Below, in pieces: positions 27,494 through 38,883 of a stretch of DNA of 64,000 bases (position 1 is its first letter; each line of letters starts with the position of its first letter). The stretch spans positions 64,467 to 128,466 of the forward strand of contig JBGPFC010000008.1 in the NCBI GenBank assembly GCA_041483195.1, read 5' to 3'. The DNA is from Candidatus Eiseniibacteriota bacterium (GTDB lineage Bacteria; Eisenbacteria; RBG-16-71-46). The notes below the pieces were generated by a model that saw only the letters and a list, made by a program, of their open reading frames with translations, had not been told where the DNA came from and searched no databases. A program made the translations under genes and the position numbers.

Positions 27494-29848
27494 TCAGGCG
27501 GCGCGGCCCCGCGCGCGGAGGGTGTCTCCGAGCTGACGGAGCACGCGGTCGAGGTCCTCCATCGAGAACGGCTTGGCCATCACCATGTCCACGCCATGGG
27601 CCTGGGTCGTGACCTCCTCGAGCTGGAAACCCCAGCCGGTCACCATCACCACCGCGACGTCCGGGCGCCGCGATTTCACGGCGAGCGCGAGATCCCAGCC
27701 GTTCACCTCGGGCATGCCGAGGTCGGAGAACACGGCGTCGAATTCCATGCCCGCGAAGCGCTCGAGCCCGGCCGCTCCGCCCAGCGCCACCTCGACGTCC
27801 TGACCCATCAGCCTCAACAGGTCGGCGGTCACCGAGAGCACCGGTTCCTCGTCGTCGACCACCAGCACCCGCAGTCGTGGTAGCGGACCGCGGGGCGGCG
27901 GCGGCGCCTCGGTCTCGGCCGGCGCGCCGGCCGGGAAGCGCAGCGTGAATTCGGTGCCGAGGTGGCGCTCGGACTCGACCGTGATCGATCCGTGGTGCCG
28001 CGTCACGATCCCGTATGCGACCGAGAGCCCGAGGCCGGTACCCTGCACGGTCTTGGTCGTGAAGAACGGATCGAAGATCTTCCCGCGGGTCTCGTCGTCC
28101 ATGCCGATGCCGGTGTCGCGAATGCTCACCCGCACTTCGCCACCCTCGGACTCGGTGGCGATCCGGATCTCGCCGCCCCACGGCATCGCGTCCACCGCGT
28201 TGAGGACGAGGTTGGTGAACACCTCTCGCAGCTCTGAGCCGTTGCCAGCGATCGGCTGGCTCGCCGCCAGATCCAGCTCGACGTCGAGCGTCACGCCGTT
28301 GCGCTTCGCCCCCGCCTCCCACGCGGGGCGGGTCAGCTCGACCACCTCGCGCAGCACCTCGTTCACGTCGAGCGCCTCGAAGCGCTCGTCGTGGCGCACC
28401 CGCGTGAACTCCTGGACGCGCCGCACGGTGTGGGCCCCGTCGAGCGCCGCCTGCTCGACCACCTGCAACTGCCGGCGCGATTCCGGCTCGTTCGCGGTCT
28501 GGAGCAGGAGCTGGGTGCGGCCGAGGATCGCCGCCAGGATGTTGTTGAAATCGTGCGCCACGCCGCCCGCCATCTCGCCCAGCGCGTTGAGCTTCGCGGA
28601 CTGCACCAGCTGAGCCTGGGTCTCGCGCAGCTCGACGAACGCCGCGCGCATGTCCTCGTAGAGCCGGGCGTTCGCGATCGCCGCGCTGCACTGCCCCGCG
28701 AACAGCGTCGCCAGCTCGAGATCCTCGCCGACGAACGAGCGTCCGCCGGTGCGCACCAGGGTGATGACGCCCACGACCTTCTCGCGGGTGACGAGCGGCG
28801 CACACAGCAGCGACGAGCGCTCTTCCGGCGTGCCCGGCACCTGGACCGCGCGGGGATCCTGCTCCGCCCCGTTCACGATCTCGCCGCGCCCGGCGAGCGC
28901 GACCGCGCCGGTGATCCCCTCGCCCATCCGCAACCGCACCGCCATCATCTCGTCGCGGTAGCGTTCGACGTCGCACACCACGGGCCGCAGCATCTGCTCG
29001 GCTTCGTCGAACAGGAACACCGTGCACTCGTCGGTCTGGATCACCTCGCGGACCTGTTGCGCGATGGTCTCCAGAATCGTGTTCAACTCGAGCGAGTTGA
29101 CGACCGCGTGGCTCACGGTGAGGAGCGCTCCGAATTTCTCCTTCTGGCGCTTCTCGTGCTGGAGCAGCTCCGCCATCGAAGGATCGGCGAAGGCCTGCTC
29201 CGGCTTCCGGGCAAGCACCAGGTACCAGCCCGCGAGCGCGCCCGCGTGGACCAGCTGCACTCCGGTCGCGAGCAGCTCGTCGGCGGGCGCGAGCGCGAGC
29301 CGCACGCGGCCCAGCTGGACGCGAGCGCCCAGCGGGCTGTCCGCGCGCAGCTGGCGCTCCACCCAGTCGCGGCACTCGGCGTGCAAGAGATCGTTCAGCG
29401 CCCGGCCGCGCAGCGCCTCGGGCGCGGCCCCGTAGCTCGCGGTGAACGCCTGATTCGAGAACCGCACGTGGCGCTCGCGGTCGAGAATGAGCAGCGGCGC
29501 GGGAACCGTGTCGATGAGCGGCGCGAGCGAGTGCTCCAGCACGGGCCAGGGGTCGGTCGCGGCAGGCAGGCCGCGCGAGATCTCGGGTGGGAGGATCAGG
29601 GTGAGCATCGCGCGCCCGATCACGCAGGGGTCAGCCCCCATTCCCGCCCAGCGGCGGGCCGCCTCGAGAATGACGGTGCGAGCTGGCCGCGCGCGGCTGC
29701 TCGCGAGGGCGCCCGATAAAGCCGAGAGCAGCGCCTCGCTCTCGGCCTGCGCCCGGTCAGGCCCCAACGCGAGCGCAAGCTCACGCGCCAGGCCGTGCTC
29801 CAGGGCGTTCCGGTGCCGGCGAATGAGACGGACGAGTGAGGGGGTCAA
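27494..29848 (-). CDS. Cytoplasmic hybrid histidine kinase (PAS-GAF-HisKA-HATPase-REC)
   Basis: GVAHDFNNIL, FTNLVLNAVDAM, DTGIGM, FDPFFTTK, GTGLGLS and a C-terminal receiver domain. Confidence 0.93.
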   Translation of the reverse strand: MTPSLVRLIRRHRNALEHGLARELALALGPDRAQAESEALLSALSGALASSRARPARTVILEAARRWAGMGADPCVIGRAMLTLILPPEISRGLPAATDPWPVLEHSLAPLIDTVPAPLLILDRERHVRFSNQAFTASYGAAPEALRGRALNDLLHAECRDWVERQLRADSPLGARVQLGRVRLALAPADELLATGVQLVHAGALAGWYLVLARKPEQAFADPSMAELLQHEKRQKEKFGALLTVSHAVVNSLELNTILETIAQQVREVIQTDECTVFLFDEAEQMLRPVVCDVERYRDEMMAVRLRMGEGITGAVALAGRGEIVNGAEQDPRAVQVPGTPEERSSLLCAPLVTREKVVGVITLVRTGGRSFVGEDLELATLFAGQCSAAIANARLYEDMRAAFVELRETQAQLVQSAKLNALGEMAGGVAHDFNNILAAILGRTQLLLQTANEPESRRQLQVVEQAALDGAHTVRRVQEFTRVRHDERFEALDVNEVLREVVELTRPAWEAGAKRNGVTLDVELDLAASQPIAGNGSELREVFTNLVLNAVDAMPWGGEIRIATESEGGEVRVSIRDTGIGMDDETRGKIFDPFFTTKTVQGTGLGLSVAYGIVTRHHGSITVESERHLGTEFTLRFPAGAPAETEAPPPPRGPLPRLRVLVVDDEEPVLSVTADLLRLMGQDVEVALGGAAGLERFAGMEFDAVFSDLGMPEVNGWDLALAVKSRRPDVAVVMVTGWGFQLEEVTTQAHGVDMVMAKPFSMEDLDRVLRQLGDTLRARGRAA

Positions 29849-29888
29849 CGAGACTCTCCGCGGGCCGAAGGTGGGTCGTCGGTGCGAG

Positions 29889-29916
29889 GTATCGTCAGGA
29901 GCCGCCGGGGGCTTGA
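29889..29916 (-). promoter_or_regulatory. Sigma28-like promoter
   Basis: Minus strand TCAA-N16-GACGATAC, 40 bp upstream of the kinase start. Confidence 0.5.
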
Positions 29917-30133
29917 TCGCTTTGGGTGTTCGCGGGCGCCGGAACCGGGCCGTTGGGCGACCGCCATGCGGTCCCCTGGGCGCATGAAATGATCTCTTGC
30001 GAATGACGGCCCCGCACGCCTAACGTCATCGACGTGAGCAGGGCGGGACCGGGCCGACCCGGTTCCGCCCTGCTCTCTTTTCTCCGCAACGACCGGGGCA
30101 ATCTCGACACGAAGGCCCCTGGGAGAAGATGCG

Positions 30134-32386
30134 ATGAAGCTCGATCGTCGGGCGGCCGCGGTTCTCGCGGTCGCGGTCATGTTGCTCGCGGCGGCGTGCG
30201 CCCGCCGTGCGAAAACCATCGTTGTCGCGAATCGACCCCCCGAGATCAGTCTGAAGAGCAGCTCGCTCCCACCCGCGCGCGCGGGCGAGGTCAGCCGCCT
30301 GATGCGCTGGACCGCGAGCGATCCCGAAGGGCGGATCGATCATTACCTGTACGCGGTCGATCCGCGTGCGATGGATCGCGCGGACGACGGATGGACGCGG
30401 ACCGACGAGACCTCGTACGTGATGAGCGTGCCGGCGCACGACGCCGCGACCCTGCCCTCGGGACGCAGCGGCCACCTGTTCGCGGTGCGCGCCGTGGACG
30501 CGGGGGGCGCGCTCTCGGCGCCAGCGTGGGTGGCGTTCGGGGATTCGTCGGCGACCATCCCGCCGACGGTCCAGATCCTCTGCCCGCGACCCAGCGACTT
30601 GGCTCGCGCGTACCTGCCGCCGTCGTTTCGAATCAACTGGGACGGCATCGACCCGGATGGAGTCTTCACTCAGAAACCGGTGAAGTACAAGTACCGGCTC
30701 TTCACCGACAACGGCCCGGACTTCAATCTCTCGACGATTCGGGCGCGACCCGACTCGGTCCGGCGCTTCTACGCTCCCCAGTTCGCGGACTGGGACTCGG
30801 TCGGGGGTGATTCGACCTCGGTCAGTTACTCCAATCTGACCATCGATGCTGAGTACATCTTCGTGGTCGTGGCGTTCGACGAGGCGGGCGCCTATTCGCC
30901 GGTGTTCTCGTTCAGCACCAACATGCTCTACTTCCGTGTGATCCAACCGAATTCGCTCGGCCCCCCGCTCACCATGTTCGGCTCGGGGTTCTCCTACACG
31001 TATGCCACCGGAAGCATTCCGCCGAATCCGGCCCCGGCACTCACCGTCGATGAGCCGGCCGACCAGCCGCTGACGTTCAGCTGGTTCGCGATGCCGTTTC
31101 CCTCTTCGTGCGACGGACTGCTCCGGTATCGCTGGGCGCTCGACATCGCCGACATCGGTGACGAGACCCCGCGCTCGAACGAGGCCACGGACTGGATGCA
31201 CTGGAGTCAGTGGAGCGACGCCGCGACCTCCGCCACGGTCGGCCCGTTCAATCCGCCGGGCTTCAAGCGGCAGAGTCATCAGTTCTACATCGAGGCCGAT
31301 GACCCGGTGGGATTGCGCAGCCTCGGCACGTTCGGGTTTCGCGTGAGCCGCGCTCCGTTCGACGACGATCTCCTGATCGTGGACGACACGCGCTATCTGC
31401 CGGATCAACGGACATTCCCCACCCCGTGCATGAACGCGCCGATCGGAGCGTGGCCCACCGCGGCGGAGCTCGACACCTTCCTCTATGCCCGCGGCGCATT
31501 CCCCTGGCGCTGCTATCCCGCGGGCACGATGAGCACGCCGGGGATCTTCAACGGCTATCACTACGACACGCTCGGCACGCGCGGACTGCCGGGCGTGGTG
31601 CCTTCGCTGCTGGTGCTGAACCGCTACCGCCACGTGCTGTGGCTGGTCAACAACGCCGCCGCGAGCAACTTCAAGGCACCGACCGATCCCACCGACCCGA
31701 CCACCGCGATGCGCTACATGTCGGAGCCGGGCAGGATCAACGTGCTCGCGGCCTACGTCGCCCAGGGCGGGCAGCTCTGGCTCGCGGGCGCCGGTGCGGG
31801 CAGCGCGAATCTCAGGCCGTGGAACAAGACCAACAACGACGCAGTTCCGCCGACGCTGGCTCTCACGTTCTCGAATGCGAACGGCGAGCTGGTCCCCGGG
31901 CGGTTCATTTACGACGTGAGCCACTGGCGGTCGGAATTCAAGCAACTGCGCGCGACCGTGCAGATCAATCGCAGCCTGGGCCGGCTCACCGGCAGCCCGG
32001 GACTCTATTCGCTGCTTCCGCCCAAGATGGAGACCAAGTCCGTGGCCACCGATCCGCTCCCGCCGCTGCGGACCAGCTCGAATTTCTACCAGACCCAGTC
32101 CGACATCGAATTCCTCAGTCTCCCGAATATCATCATGGAAGGCGGCGGGGCGGTGCTCGACACGCTGTACGCGGCGGCCGGCGGCACGCTGCCATTCGGC
32201 CAGATCGCGGCGAACATGACCTACTATCACGGTTCCGAGAACGCGCCGCTGGTCTTCACCGGGTTCAACCTCTGGAACTTCCGGCGCGCGGAGTGCATTC
32301 AGCTGGTGGATTTCGTGCTGCAACAGGTCTGGGGTCTCAGCCGCGACCCCGATCCGCGGCTCGCGCAGCCCGTCACGCGCAGGTAG
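30134..32386 (+). CDS. Large lipoprotein with repeated FN3/Ig-like modules
   Basis: Lipobox LLAAAC; repeated W...DP.G...Y.Y...F.V.A.D.AGA.S modules; strong GC3 codon bias. Confidence 0.8.
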   Translation: MKLDRRAAAVLAVAVMLLAAACARRAKTIVVANRPPEISLKSSSLPPARAGEVSRLMRWTASDPEGRIDHYLYAVDPRAMDRADDGWTRTDETSYVMSVPAHDAATLPSGRSGHLFAVRAVDAGGALSAPAWVAFGDSSATIPPTVQILCPRPSDLARAYLPPSFRINWDGIDPDGVFTQKPVKYKYRLFTDNGPDFNLSTIRARPDSVRRFYAPQFADWDSVGGDSTSVSYSNLTIDAEYIFVVVAFDEAGAYSPVFSFSTNMLYFRVIQPNSLGPPLTMFGSGFSYTYATGSIPPNPAPALTVDEPADQPLTFSWFAMPFPSSCDGLLRYRWALDIADIGDETPRSNEATDWMHWSQWSDAATSATVGPFNPPGFKRQSHQFYIEADDPVGLRSLGTFGFRVSRAPFDDDLLIVDDTRYLPDQRTFPTPCMNAPIGAWPTAAELDTFLYARGAFPWRCYPAGTMSTPGIFNGYHYDTLGTRGLPGVVPSLLVLNRYRHVLWLVNNAAASNFKAPTDPTDPTTAMRYMSEPGRINVLAAYVAQGGQLWLAGAGAGSANLRPWNKTNNDAVPPTLALTFSNANGELVPGRFIYDVSHWRSEFKQLRATVQINRSLGRLTGSPGLYSLLPPKMETKSVATDPLPPLRTSSNFYQTQSDIEFLSLPNIIMEGGGAVLDTLYAAAGGTLPFGQIAANMTYYHGSENAPLVFTGFNLWNFRRAECIQLVDFVLQQVWGLSRDPDPRLAQPVTRR

Positions 32387-32511
32387 TCGCCCGCTTGACG
32401 CGCTCCCGGCGCGCGACCTAGCTTTTCGCGCGTCGGCTCCCGCGCGCCAGCGGCGCGCCATGTCGCGCCATTTCGCCCTCGCGCATCACTCCGCCCCCGC
32501 GGAGCACGATC

Positions 32512-34023
32512 ATGTTGAGCTGCGTGCGCACCGCAGCGTTGTGGGGCGTCGAAGCGTTTCCCGTCGAATGCGAGATCGACGTCGGCCCCGGTCTGCCGGG
32601 GTTCATCATGGTGGGTCTCCCGGATGCGAGCGCGCGCGAGGCGCGCGAGCGCGTGTGGCCGGCGCTGCGGAACTCCGGCTTCAGCCCGCCCGATCGCCGC
32701 GTCACCGTGAATCTCGCGCCCGCCGAGCGCCGCAAGGAGGGCGCGTCCGCCGATCTCGCGGTCGCGCTCGGCATGCTGGTCGCGACCTCGCAGGCGCCGG
32801 GAGTTCGCCTCGATGGCGTCGGCGCGATCGGCGAACTGGCGCTCGACGGCGCGCTGCGCGCGGTGCGCGGCACGCTCCCGCTCGCGGAAGCGCTGTGGCG
32901 GGCGGGCGCAACCACTCTGCTGTGCGCGACCGATGCCGCGCCCGAAGCCGCTCTGGTGGCGGGACTCACCGTGCATGCCGTCTCGCGGCTCGCCGAGGCG
33001 GTCGACTGGCTACGCGGCGGCGAGCTTCCGATCGCATCGCCCGCGCCGCCCGATGCGGAAGCCGAGCGCGCGGAAGGCCTCGCGGAGGTGCGCGGACAGG
33101 CGATCGCGCGCCGCGCCCTCGAGATCGCGGCGGCAGGCGGGCATCATCTGCTGCTGGTCGGTCCGCCCGGCGCGGGAAAGTCGATGCTCGCGCGGCGCCT
33201 GCCCGGCATCCTTCCACCGCTCGAGCCCGACGAGGCGCTGATCGTCACGCGGCTGCATTCCAGCGTGGGCCTCCGCCCTCCGGGGCGCGGCCTGATGCGC
33301 GGGCGGCCCTTCCGCGCGCCGCATCACTCGCTGTCGCGCGCGGGGCTGGTCGGCGGCGGCAATCCGCTGCGGCCCGGCGAGCTCTCGCTCGCGCATCTCG
33401 GCGTGCTCTTTCTCGACGAGCTGTCCGAATATCCGCGCCTGCTGCTCGATGCACTGCGCGAGCCGCTCGAGACCGGAAGCGTGTGGCTCTCGCGTGCGTC
33501 GGGGTCGGCGCGGTTTCCGGCCCGGGCGCTGCTGGTCGCAGCGATGAACCCCTGCAAGTGCGGCTGGCTCGGTCATCCCAAGCGCGGATGCAAGTGCACG
33601 CCCACCGATCTTGCGCAGCATGCCGCGCGCGTGAGCGGTCCGGTGCTCGATCGGATTGATATTCAGATCGAGGTGCCGGCGCTGACCTCCGCGGAGCTGC
33701 TCGCGGCGTCAGCTGGCGAATCGAGCGCCGCCGTGCGCGAGCGCGTGATCGCGGCGCGGGCGATCCAGCGTGCGCGGGGCGCGCTCAATGCGGCGCTGCC
33801 CAACGCGGCGCTGCGAGAGTGCTGCACGCTCGACGACACGGGGCGTCGCCTGGTCGCCGATGCCGTGGATCGCGGCGGGATGAGCGCCCGCGCGGTGCAC
33901 CGCGCGCTGCGGGTGGCGCGCACCATCGCGGACCTGGCGGGCGAGGAACGCATGAGCGCGCTGCGGATCGCCGAGGCGCTTCAGTATCGCGCGTACGAGG
34001 CGCGGAGGTTCGCGCCACGTTGA
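32512..34023 (+). CDS. comM: YifB/ComM Mg-chelatase-like AAA+ ATPase
   Basis: VGLPD, VNLAPA, GPPGAGKSMLA, PFRAPHH, LFLDE and AMNPCKCG motifs. Confidence 0.94.
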   Translation: MLSCVRTAALWGVEAFPVECEIDVGPGLPGFIMVGLPDASAREARERVWPALRNSGFSPPDRRVTVNLAPAERRKEGASADLAVALGMLVATSQAPGVRLDGVGAIGELALDGALRAVRGTLPLAEALWRAGATTLLCATDAAPEAALVAGLTVHAVSRLAEAVDWLRGGELPIASPAPPDAEAERAEGLAEVRGQAIARRALEIAAAGGHHLLLVGPPGAGKSMLARRLPGILPPLEPDEALIVTRLHSSVGLRPPGRGLMRGRPFRAPHHSLSRAGLVGGGNPLRPGELSLAHLGVLFLDELSEYPRLLLDALREPLETGSVWLSRASGSARFPARALLVAAMNPCKCGWLGHPKRGCKCTPTDLAQHAARVSGPVLDRIDIQIEVPALTSAELLAASAGESSAAVRERVIAARAIQRARGALNAALPNAALRECCTLDDTGRRLVADAVDRGGMSARAVHRALRVARTIADLAGEERMSALRIAEALQYRAYEARRFAPR

Positions 34024-34123
34024 GCGAGGCGTCGGGTATTGACCGCTCCGGCGCGCCGGGTCTAGTCTGCGCTCTCCGAAAACTTTGCCACACAGTCGAC
34101 GGCCCACATGAATGGAGGACGTC

Positions 34124-34984
34124 ATGCAGCTGGAGATCAGCGATGGCACCCCGTGGTGGCTGAGTCCCGACATCTGGGTGACCGAGACCATCGGAGGGAC
34201 CACGACGGTCGTGTCGCAGCCCGAGGTGGGTAAGACCTACCGCGTCTGGGCCAAAGTCGAGAACATCACCGTCGGCACCCCCATGGATGCCGTGGACGCC
34301 GTCGTTTCCTTCTACTGGGCGGATCCGTCCACGGTGGTCACGCTCGCCACCGCGACGCTGATCGGCACGGCCACCGTGACGTTGCCCCCTGGGAACACCG
34401 ATGTGGAGTGTCCGATCGACTGGAGCCCGAGCTGGGTCAACAACGGTCACGAGTGCCTGGTCGCGACCGTGGATCATCCGGCCGACCCCATCACGCCGCC
34501 GCTCGGTGGCGCCGCGGCCTTCGATCCCCCGAATCACCGGCAGATCGCCCAGCTGAATCTCAGCGTTCTGCTGCCACTGCCCGGGCCGCGGCCGTGGATG
34601 ATGATCTATCCCTTCGGCGCCGGATTCCCCGGCGAGCGGCGCCACGGCAAGGCGCGGCTCAAGGTGCGCAGATTGCCGCTCGCGGGACAGGAACGCCTGC
34701 TGCGGGCGCGCGGCTTCAAGCGGCTCCCGGCCGAGATGAACGGCATCCGCAAGTTCGGGATTCAGCCGTACAACGCAGGCGACTGCGTGAAAGAAACCGG
34801 CCGCCCCTCGTTGCCCCTGTCGGAGAAGCTGCGCGGGCTGCGGGGCATGGCGCTCGCGGTCCAGCTTCCGCGAAAGCCGCAGGCCGGGACCGCGGCGCTG
34901 TTCGTGGTCGAGCAGCTCGACGGGAAGCGGGCCGCGGGCGGTGTCGGCCTCCTCATCTTCGCGGGGCGAGGGAAGTCGCGCTGA
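34124..34984 (+). CDS. Hypothetical protein with Ig-like N-terminal domain
   Basis: GGAGG RBS before ATG 34124; WW.SPDIWV...V.FYWADPS...GHECLVA...RQIAQLNL pattern. Confidence 0.75.
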   Translation: MQLEISDGTPWWLSPDIWVTETIGGTTTVVSQPEVGKTYRVWAKVENITVGTPMDAVDAVVSFYWADPSTVVTLATATLIGTATVTLPPGNTDVECPIDWSPSWVNNGHECLVATVDHPADPITPPLGGAAAFDPPNHRQIAQLNLSVLLPLPGPRPWMMIYPFGAGFPGERRHGKARLKVRRLPLAGQERLLRARGFKRLPAEMNGIRKFGIQPYNAGDCVKETGRPSLPLSEKLRGLRGMALAVQLPRKPQAGTAALFVVEQLDGKRAAGGVGLLIFAGRGKSR

Positions 34985-35220
34985 GAGGGCGCGGCTCGGC
35001 CGCTCTCTTCGATCAGCCGCTCGAACATCGGCGCCCAGATCGGCGAAGCCCCCGGCCGACCCCGGGGGCTCGACTTGGTCTGGGCCTCCGTGCTCCAATG
35101 GGGAGGCTCATCCGGCGCTTCCGATCCCGGATTGAAATGACCCCGAAGTATCGAGCTCCGCGCGCAAGCGTTCCGCGACCGACGATCCCCACGGGTGGGC
35201 GCGACGACGTGAGGGGTACG

Positions 35221-36120
35221 ATGCGAATCGTTCATCGATTCCGAATCCTGATCGCCGCGGCATCGCTGTTCGTCCATGCGCCCCGCGCCGCGGCGCAGGA
35301 GCCGATGCGGTACATCTACGACTCCCCGGAATCGAAGCTCGACAAGCGATACGAGTACCACTGGGAGATTCTGAGGACGGCGCTCGAGCGGACCCAGGGC
35401 AGATACGGCACCTACGTCATGGAAAAGTCGGTCTCCATGCCCGAGCAGCGCCAGTCGTTCGAGCTGAAGCACGCGACCGGCAAGCTGACGGTGATGTACC
35501 TCGGAACCAATCCCGAGTTCGAACGCGACCTGATTCCGATCCGCATCCCGGTCGACAAGAACCTCGGCGGGTATTGCGTGTTCCTCATTCGAAAGGACGA
35601 GCAGAGCCGATTCGACGCGATCCGGACGCTCGAAGACCTGAAGCGCTTCACGTACGGCCTCGGCCTGGGCTGGATCGACGTCGAGATCCTGAGGCACAAC
35701 GGCTTCAAGGTCGTCACCGGCTCCGACTACGACGGGCTCTTCTCGATGCTCGCCAACGGACGGTTCGACATCTTCCTGCGGGCGACCGTCGAGGTCCTCG
35801 ACGAAGTCGCGCAGCGCATCGACAAGATGCCCGATCTTTCGATCGAGCAGAACCTCCTGCTCTACTATCCGCTGCCGATGTACTTCTGGTTTTCGAAGAC
35901 GCCGGAGGGTGAGCGATTGGCGTCCCGGGCCCGGGAGGGAATGCTCGCGATGATCCAGGACGGCACCTACGACCGGATCTTCTTCAAGTACCAGAAGTCC
36001 AAGATCGATCGGCTCGACCTGCGCCATCGCAAGCTCTTCCGCATCGAGAATCCATTCCTGGTTCCCGAGACGCCCTTCGCGGACAGGCGACTGTGGTTCG
36101 ACCCCACGGCGGCCCGATGA
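35221..36120 (+). CDS. Periplasmic solute-binding-protein-like (family 3-like) protein
   Basis: Signal peptide; IPIRIPVDK, G.G..W.DVEIL..NG, LFSMLANGRFD and LLLYYP.PMYF. Confidence 0.75.
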   Translation: MRIVHRFRILIAAASLFVHAPRAAAQEPMRYIYDSPESKLDKRYEYHWEILRTALERTQGRYGTYVMEKSVSMPEQRQSFELKHATGKLTVMYLGTNPEFERDLIPIRIPVDKNLGGYCVFLIRKDEQSRFDAIRTLEDLKRFTYGLGLGWIDVEILRHNGFKVVTGSDYDGLFSMLANGRFDIFLRATVEVLDEVAQRIDKMPDLSIEQNLLLYYPLPMYFWFSKTPEGERLASRAREGMLAMIQDGTYDRIFFKYQKSKIDRLDLRHRKLFRIENPFLVPETPFADRRLWFDPTAAR

Positions 36121-36193
36121 GGCGCGGCGCACGTGATCCGGCTCCCCTGACGCGCCGGTTCACCCCCCTGATGCGCCGCATCGGGAGTTCCCG

Positions 36194-38434
36194 ATGATCC
36201 CCCGCAAGAGTTCCGTCGCGGTGCTGGTGATCACCGTGCTCGTGGTGGCGGCGACGCTTCTGATGGGAGCGCTGGGGGCGTTTTCGTACCGGGCCGACAG
36301 CGAGCGGGAGTGGCGCGAGCTGCGGGTCCGAACGAACCGCGTGGCAGACCAGCTGTCGGTGGGCCTCGCGCTTCCCCTCTGGAACTTCGATCGGGCGCAG
36401 GTCGACAAGGTCATCGAGAGCGCGATGACCAGCCCCGAAGTTTACGCCGTAGTGGTCCGCCAGAACGACGTCTCGTCGCCGGGGGGCGTGATCGTTCATG
36501 GGCGAATCCGGGATGCGGCGTGGCACGTCGTGGCCACCGACCGCGAGCTGGCGGCCGGGGAGCTCCTGCTCGCGGAACGGCAGATCACCGCATCGGACGC
36601 CTCGCTCGGCTCGGTGCGTGTGTTCTCCACGCCGCGCTTTCTCGAGGAGAACCTGCGCCGCGGCCTCTACTCCCTCGAGCTCCGGATCCTGATCCTCGAC
36701 CTGATCCTGATCGTCAGCCTGTTCGCGATGCTGTGGTGGATCGTGATCAAGCCGCTCCAGACGGTCGAGCAGTACGCGGTCGCGGCGAGCTCGGGGGAGC
36801 GCATCGGCGCGGGAGCGCGCGCGCGGCGGTTCCACGGCGAGCTGGAGAGCCTGCGATCGTCGATCGAGAAGACCATCGATCTGCTGGACGCGCGATTCGC
36901 GGCGCTCGGGAAGAACCAGGCCATGCTCACCTCGGTGCTGAACTCGGTGCCGCAGTCGATCTTCTGGAAGGATCGCGACGGCGTGTACCTGGGTTGCAAC
37001 GAGGTGTTCGCCGGCGCCACCGGCCTGGGAGGTCCGGCGGCGGTCGTCGGGAAGACCGACTCCGATCTTCCGTGGCCGCGGGAGGCTGGCGAGGTCTATC
37101 GCGCCGACGACTCGGAAATTCTGCGGACCGGGCGGCCGCGCCGGCACGTCATCGAACCGCTTCGAGAGGCCGGCGGGAAACAGCTCTGGATCGACACAAC
37201 GAAGGTGCCGCTGCTCGATGGGGACGGCAGGCCGTACGGGATCCTCGGCGTGTACGACGACGTCACCGAGCGAAAGCGCGCCGAGGAATCGCTTGCCGAG
37301 AGCGAGGAGCGCTTCCGATCTGCGATGTTCAACTCGGCGATCGGCATGGCCCTCGTCGCGCCGGATGGCCGCTGGCTCGAAGTCAATCCCGCGCTGTGCC
37401 GGATCGTCGGCTACGCGCGCGCGGAGCTGCTCGCCACGAACTTCCAGGCGCTGACCCACCCCGACGATCTCGACGCCGATCTCGATTTCGTGCGCGAGCT
37501 GCTGGCGGGAACCCGCTCGACCTACGAGATGGAAAAGCGCTACATGCACCAGGACGGGGCCATCGTCTGGATCCGGCTCAACGTCTCGTTGGTGCGCGAT
37601 GCGGCGGGCGATCCGGTGCATTTCATCTCGCAGATGCAGGATATCACGGAGCGGCGGCGGGCCGAGGAAGCGATCCGGACGATGAACGCCGAGCTGGAGC
37701 GGCGCGTGCGCGAGCGAACCCTCGAGCTCGAATCCGCGAACCGCGAGCTCGAGGCGTTCTCGTACTCCGTCTCCCACGACCTGCGCGCCCCGCTGCGCGC
37801 GATCATTGGGTTCTCCCGGATCGTGATGGAGGAGTACGGGGCGCACCTGCCCCCGGAGCCGACCCGGCTCCTCGGCATCGTCGAGGACAACACCCGCCAG
37901 ATGGGCAGCCTGATCGACGACCTGCTGGCGTTTTCCCGGTTGGGCCGCCAGCCCCTGACCCGGGAGGAGGTCCACCCGGGAGCGATCGTCGAATCCGTCG
38001 TGCAGCTGCTGCGTGCTGGCGAGCGGCCCGAGCGGGTCGTGGAGGTGTCCATCGATGAGCTTCCGCCGTGCGAGGCCGACCCGGCGCTGCTGCGACAGGT
38101 ATTCACGAACCTGCTGTCGAATGCTTTCAAGTACACTCGGCGCCGCGATCCGGCGAGCATACGGGTCGGCTCGTTCGCGAGCGCGACCTCGGGAGATCGT
38201 GTGTATTTCGTCGAGGACAACGGCACCGGATTCGACATGCGCTACGTCGACAAGCTGTTCGGCGTGTTCCAGCGCCTGCACAAGTCGGATGAGTACGAGG
38301 GCACGGGCGTCGGCCTGGCCATCGTCCAGCGGATCGTGCATCGGCACGGCGGACGCGCCTGGGCGGAGGGGCGGATCGAAGGCGGGGCCAAGTTCTACTT
38401 CACGCTCACGGGAGGCGCGGATGGGGGTCGCTGA
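36194..38434 (+). CDS. Membrane sensor histidine kinase with two PAS domains
   Basis: Two TM helices, two [34 protein letters not shown] and GTGVGL. Confidence 0.94.
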   Translation: MIPRKSSVAVLVITVLVVAATLLMGALGAFSYRADSEREWRELRVRTNRVADQLSVGLALPLWNFDRAQVDKVIESAMTSPEVYAVVVRQNDVSSPGGVIVHGRIRDAAWHVVATDRELAAGELLLAERQITASDASLGSVRVFSTPRFLEENLRRGLYSLELRILILDLILIVSLFAMLWWIVIKPLQTVEQYAVAASSGERIGAGARARRFHGELESLRSSIEKTIDLLDARFAALGKNQAMLTSVLNSVPQSIFWKDRDGVYLGCNEVFAGATGLGGPAAVVGKTDSDLPWPREAGEVYRADDSEILRTGRPRRHVIEPLREAGGKQLWIDTTKVPLLDGDGRPYGILGVYDDVTERKRAEESLAESEERFRSAMFNSAIGMALVAPDGRWLEVNPALCRIVGYARAELLATNFQALTHPDDLDADLDFVRELLAGTRSTYEMEKRYMHQDGAIVWIRLNVSLVRDAAGDPVHFISQMQDITERRRAEEAIRTMNAELERRVRERTLELESANRELEAFSYSVSHDLRAPLRAIIGFSRIVMEEYGAHLPPEPTRLLGIVEDNTRQMGSLIDDLLAFSRLGRQPLTREEVHPGAIVESVVQLLRAGERPERVVEVSIDELPPCEADPALLRQVFTNLLSNAFKYTRRRDPASIRVGSFASATSGDRVYFVEDNGTGFDMRYVDKLFGVFQRLHKSDEYEGTGVGLAIVQRIVHRHGGRAWAEGRIEGGAKFYFTLTGGADGGR

Positions 38435-38870
38435 TGGCGGGATCGTCGAGGTGCTGCTGGTCGAGGACAACCCCGCCGACGTGGAGTTGACCCTCAGGGC
38501 GTTGCGCAAGAATCAGCTGGGCGGCTCCGTGCAGGTCGTGCACGACGGGGCGGAGGCGCTGGACTTCCTGTTCGGCGATGGGGCCTACGCGGGCCGCGAC
38601 CCGCACCACGTCCCCAGGGTGATCCTTCTCGACCTCAAGCTGCCCAAGGTGGACGGGCTCGAGGTGCTGAAGCGGATCAAGGCCTCTCCCGCGACGCGGG
38701 CGATCCCGGTCGTGGTGCTCACGTCGTCGCAGGAGGACCGGGACCTGAGCGAATGCTACCGCCTGGGCGTCAACAGTTATATCGTGAAGCCCGTGGATTT
38801 CGAGCAGTTCACCGATTCCGTCAGGCAGCTCGGACTCTACTGGCTGCTCCTCAACAAGGTTCCAAACTGA
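38421..38870 (+). CDS. Single-domain response regulator (Rcp1-like)
   Basis: [23 protein letters not shown] and [12 protein letters not shown] motifs. Confidence 0.93.
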   Translation: MGVADGGIVEVLLVEDNPADVELTLRALRKNQLGGSVQVVHDGAEALDFLFGDGAYAGRDPHHVPRVILLDLKLPKVDGLEVLKRIKASPATRAIPVVVLTSSQEDRDLSECYRLGVNSYIVKPVDFEQFTDSVRQLGLYWLLLNKVPN

Positions 38871-38883
38871 CGCCGGAGCCGAC

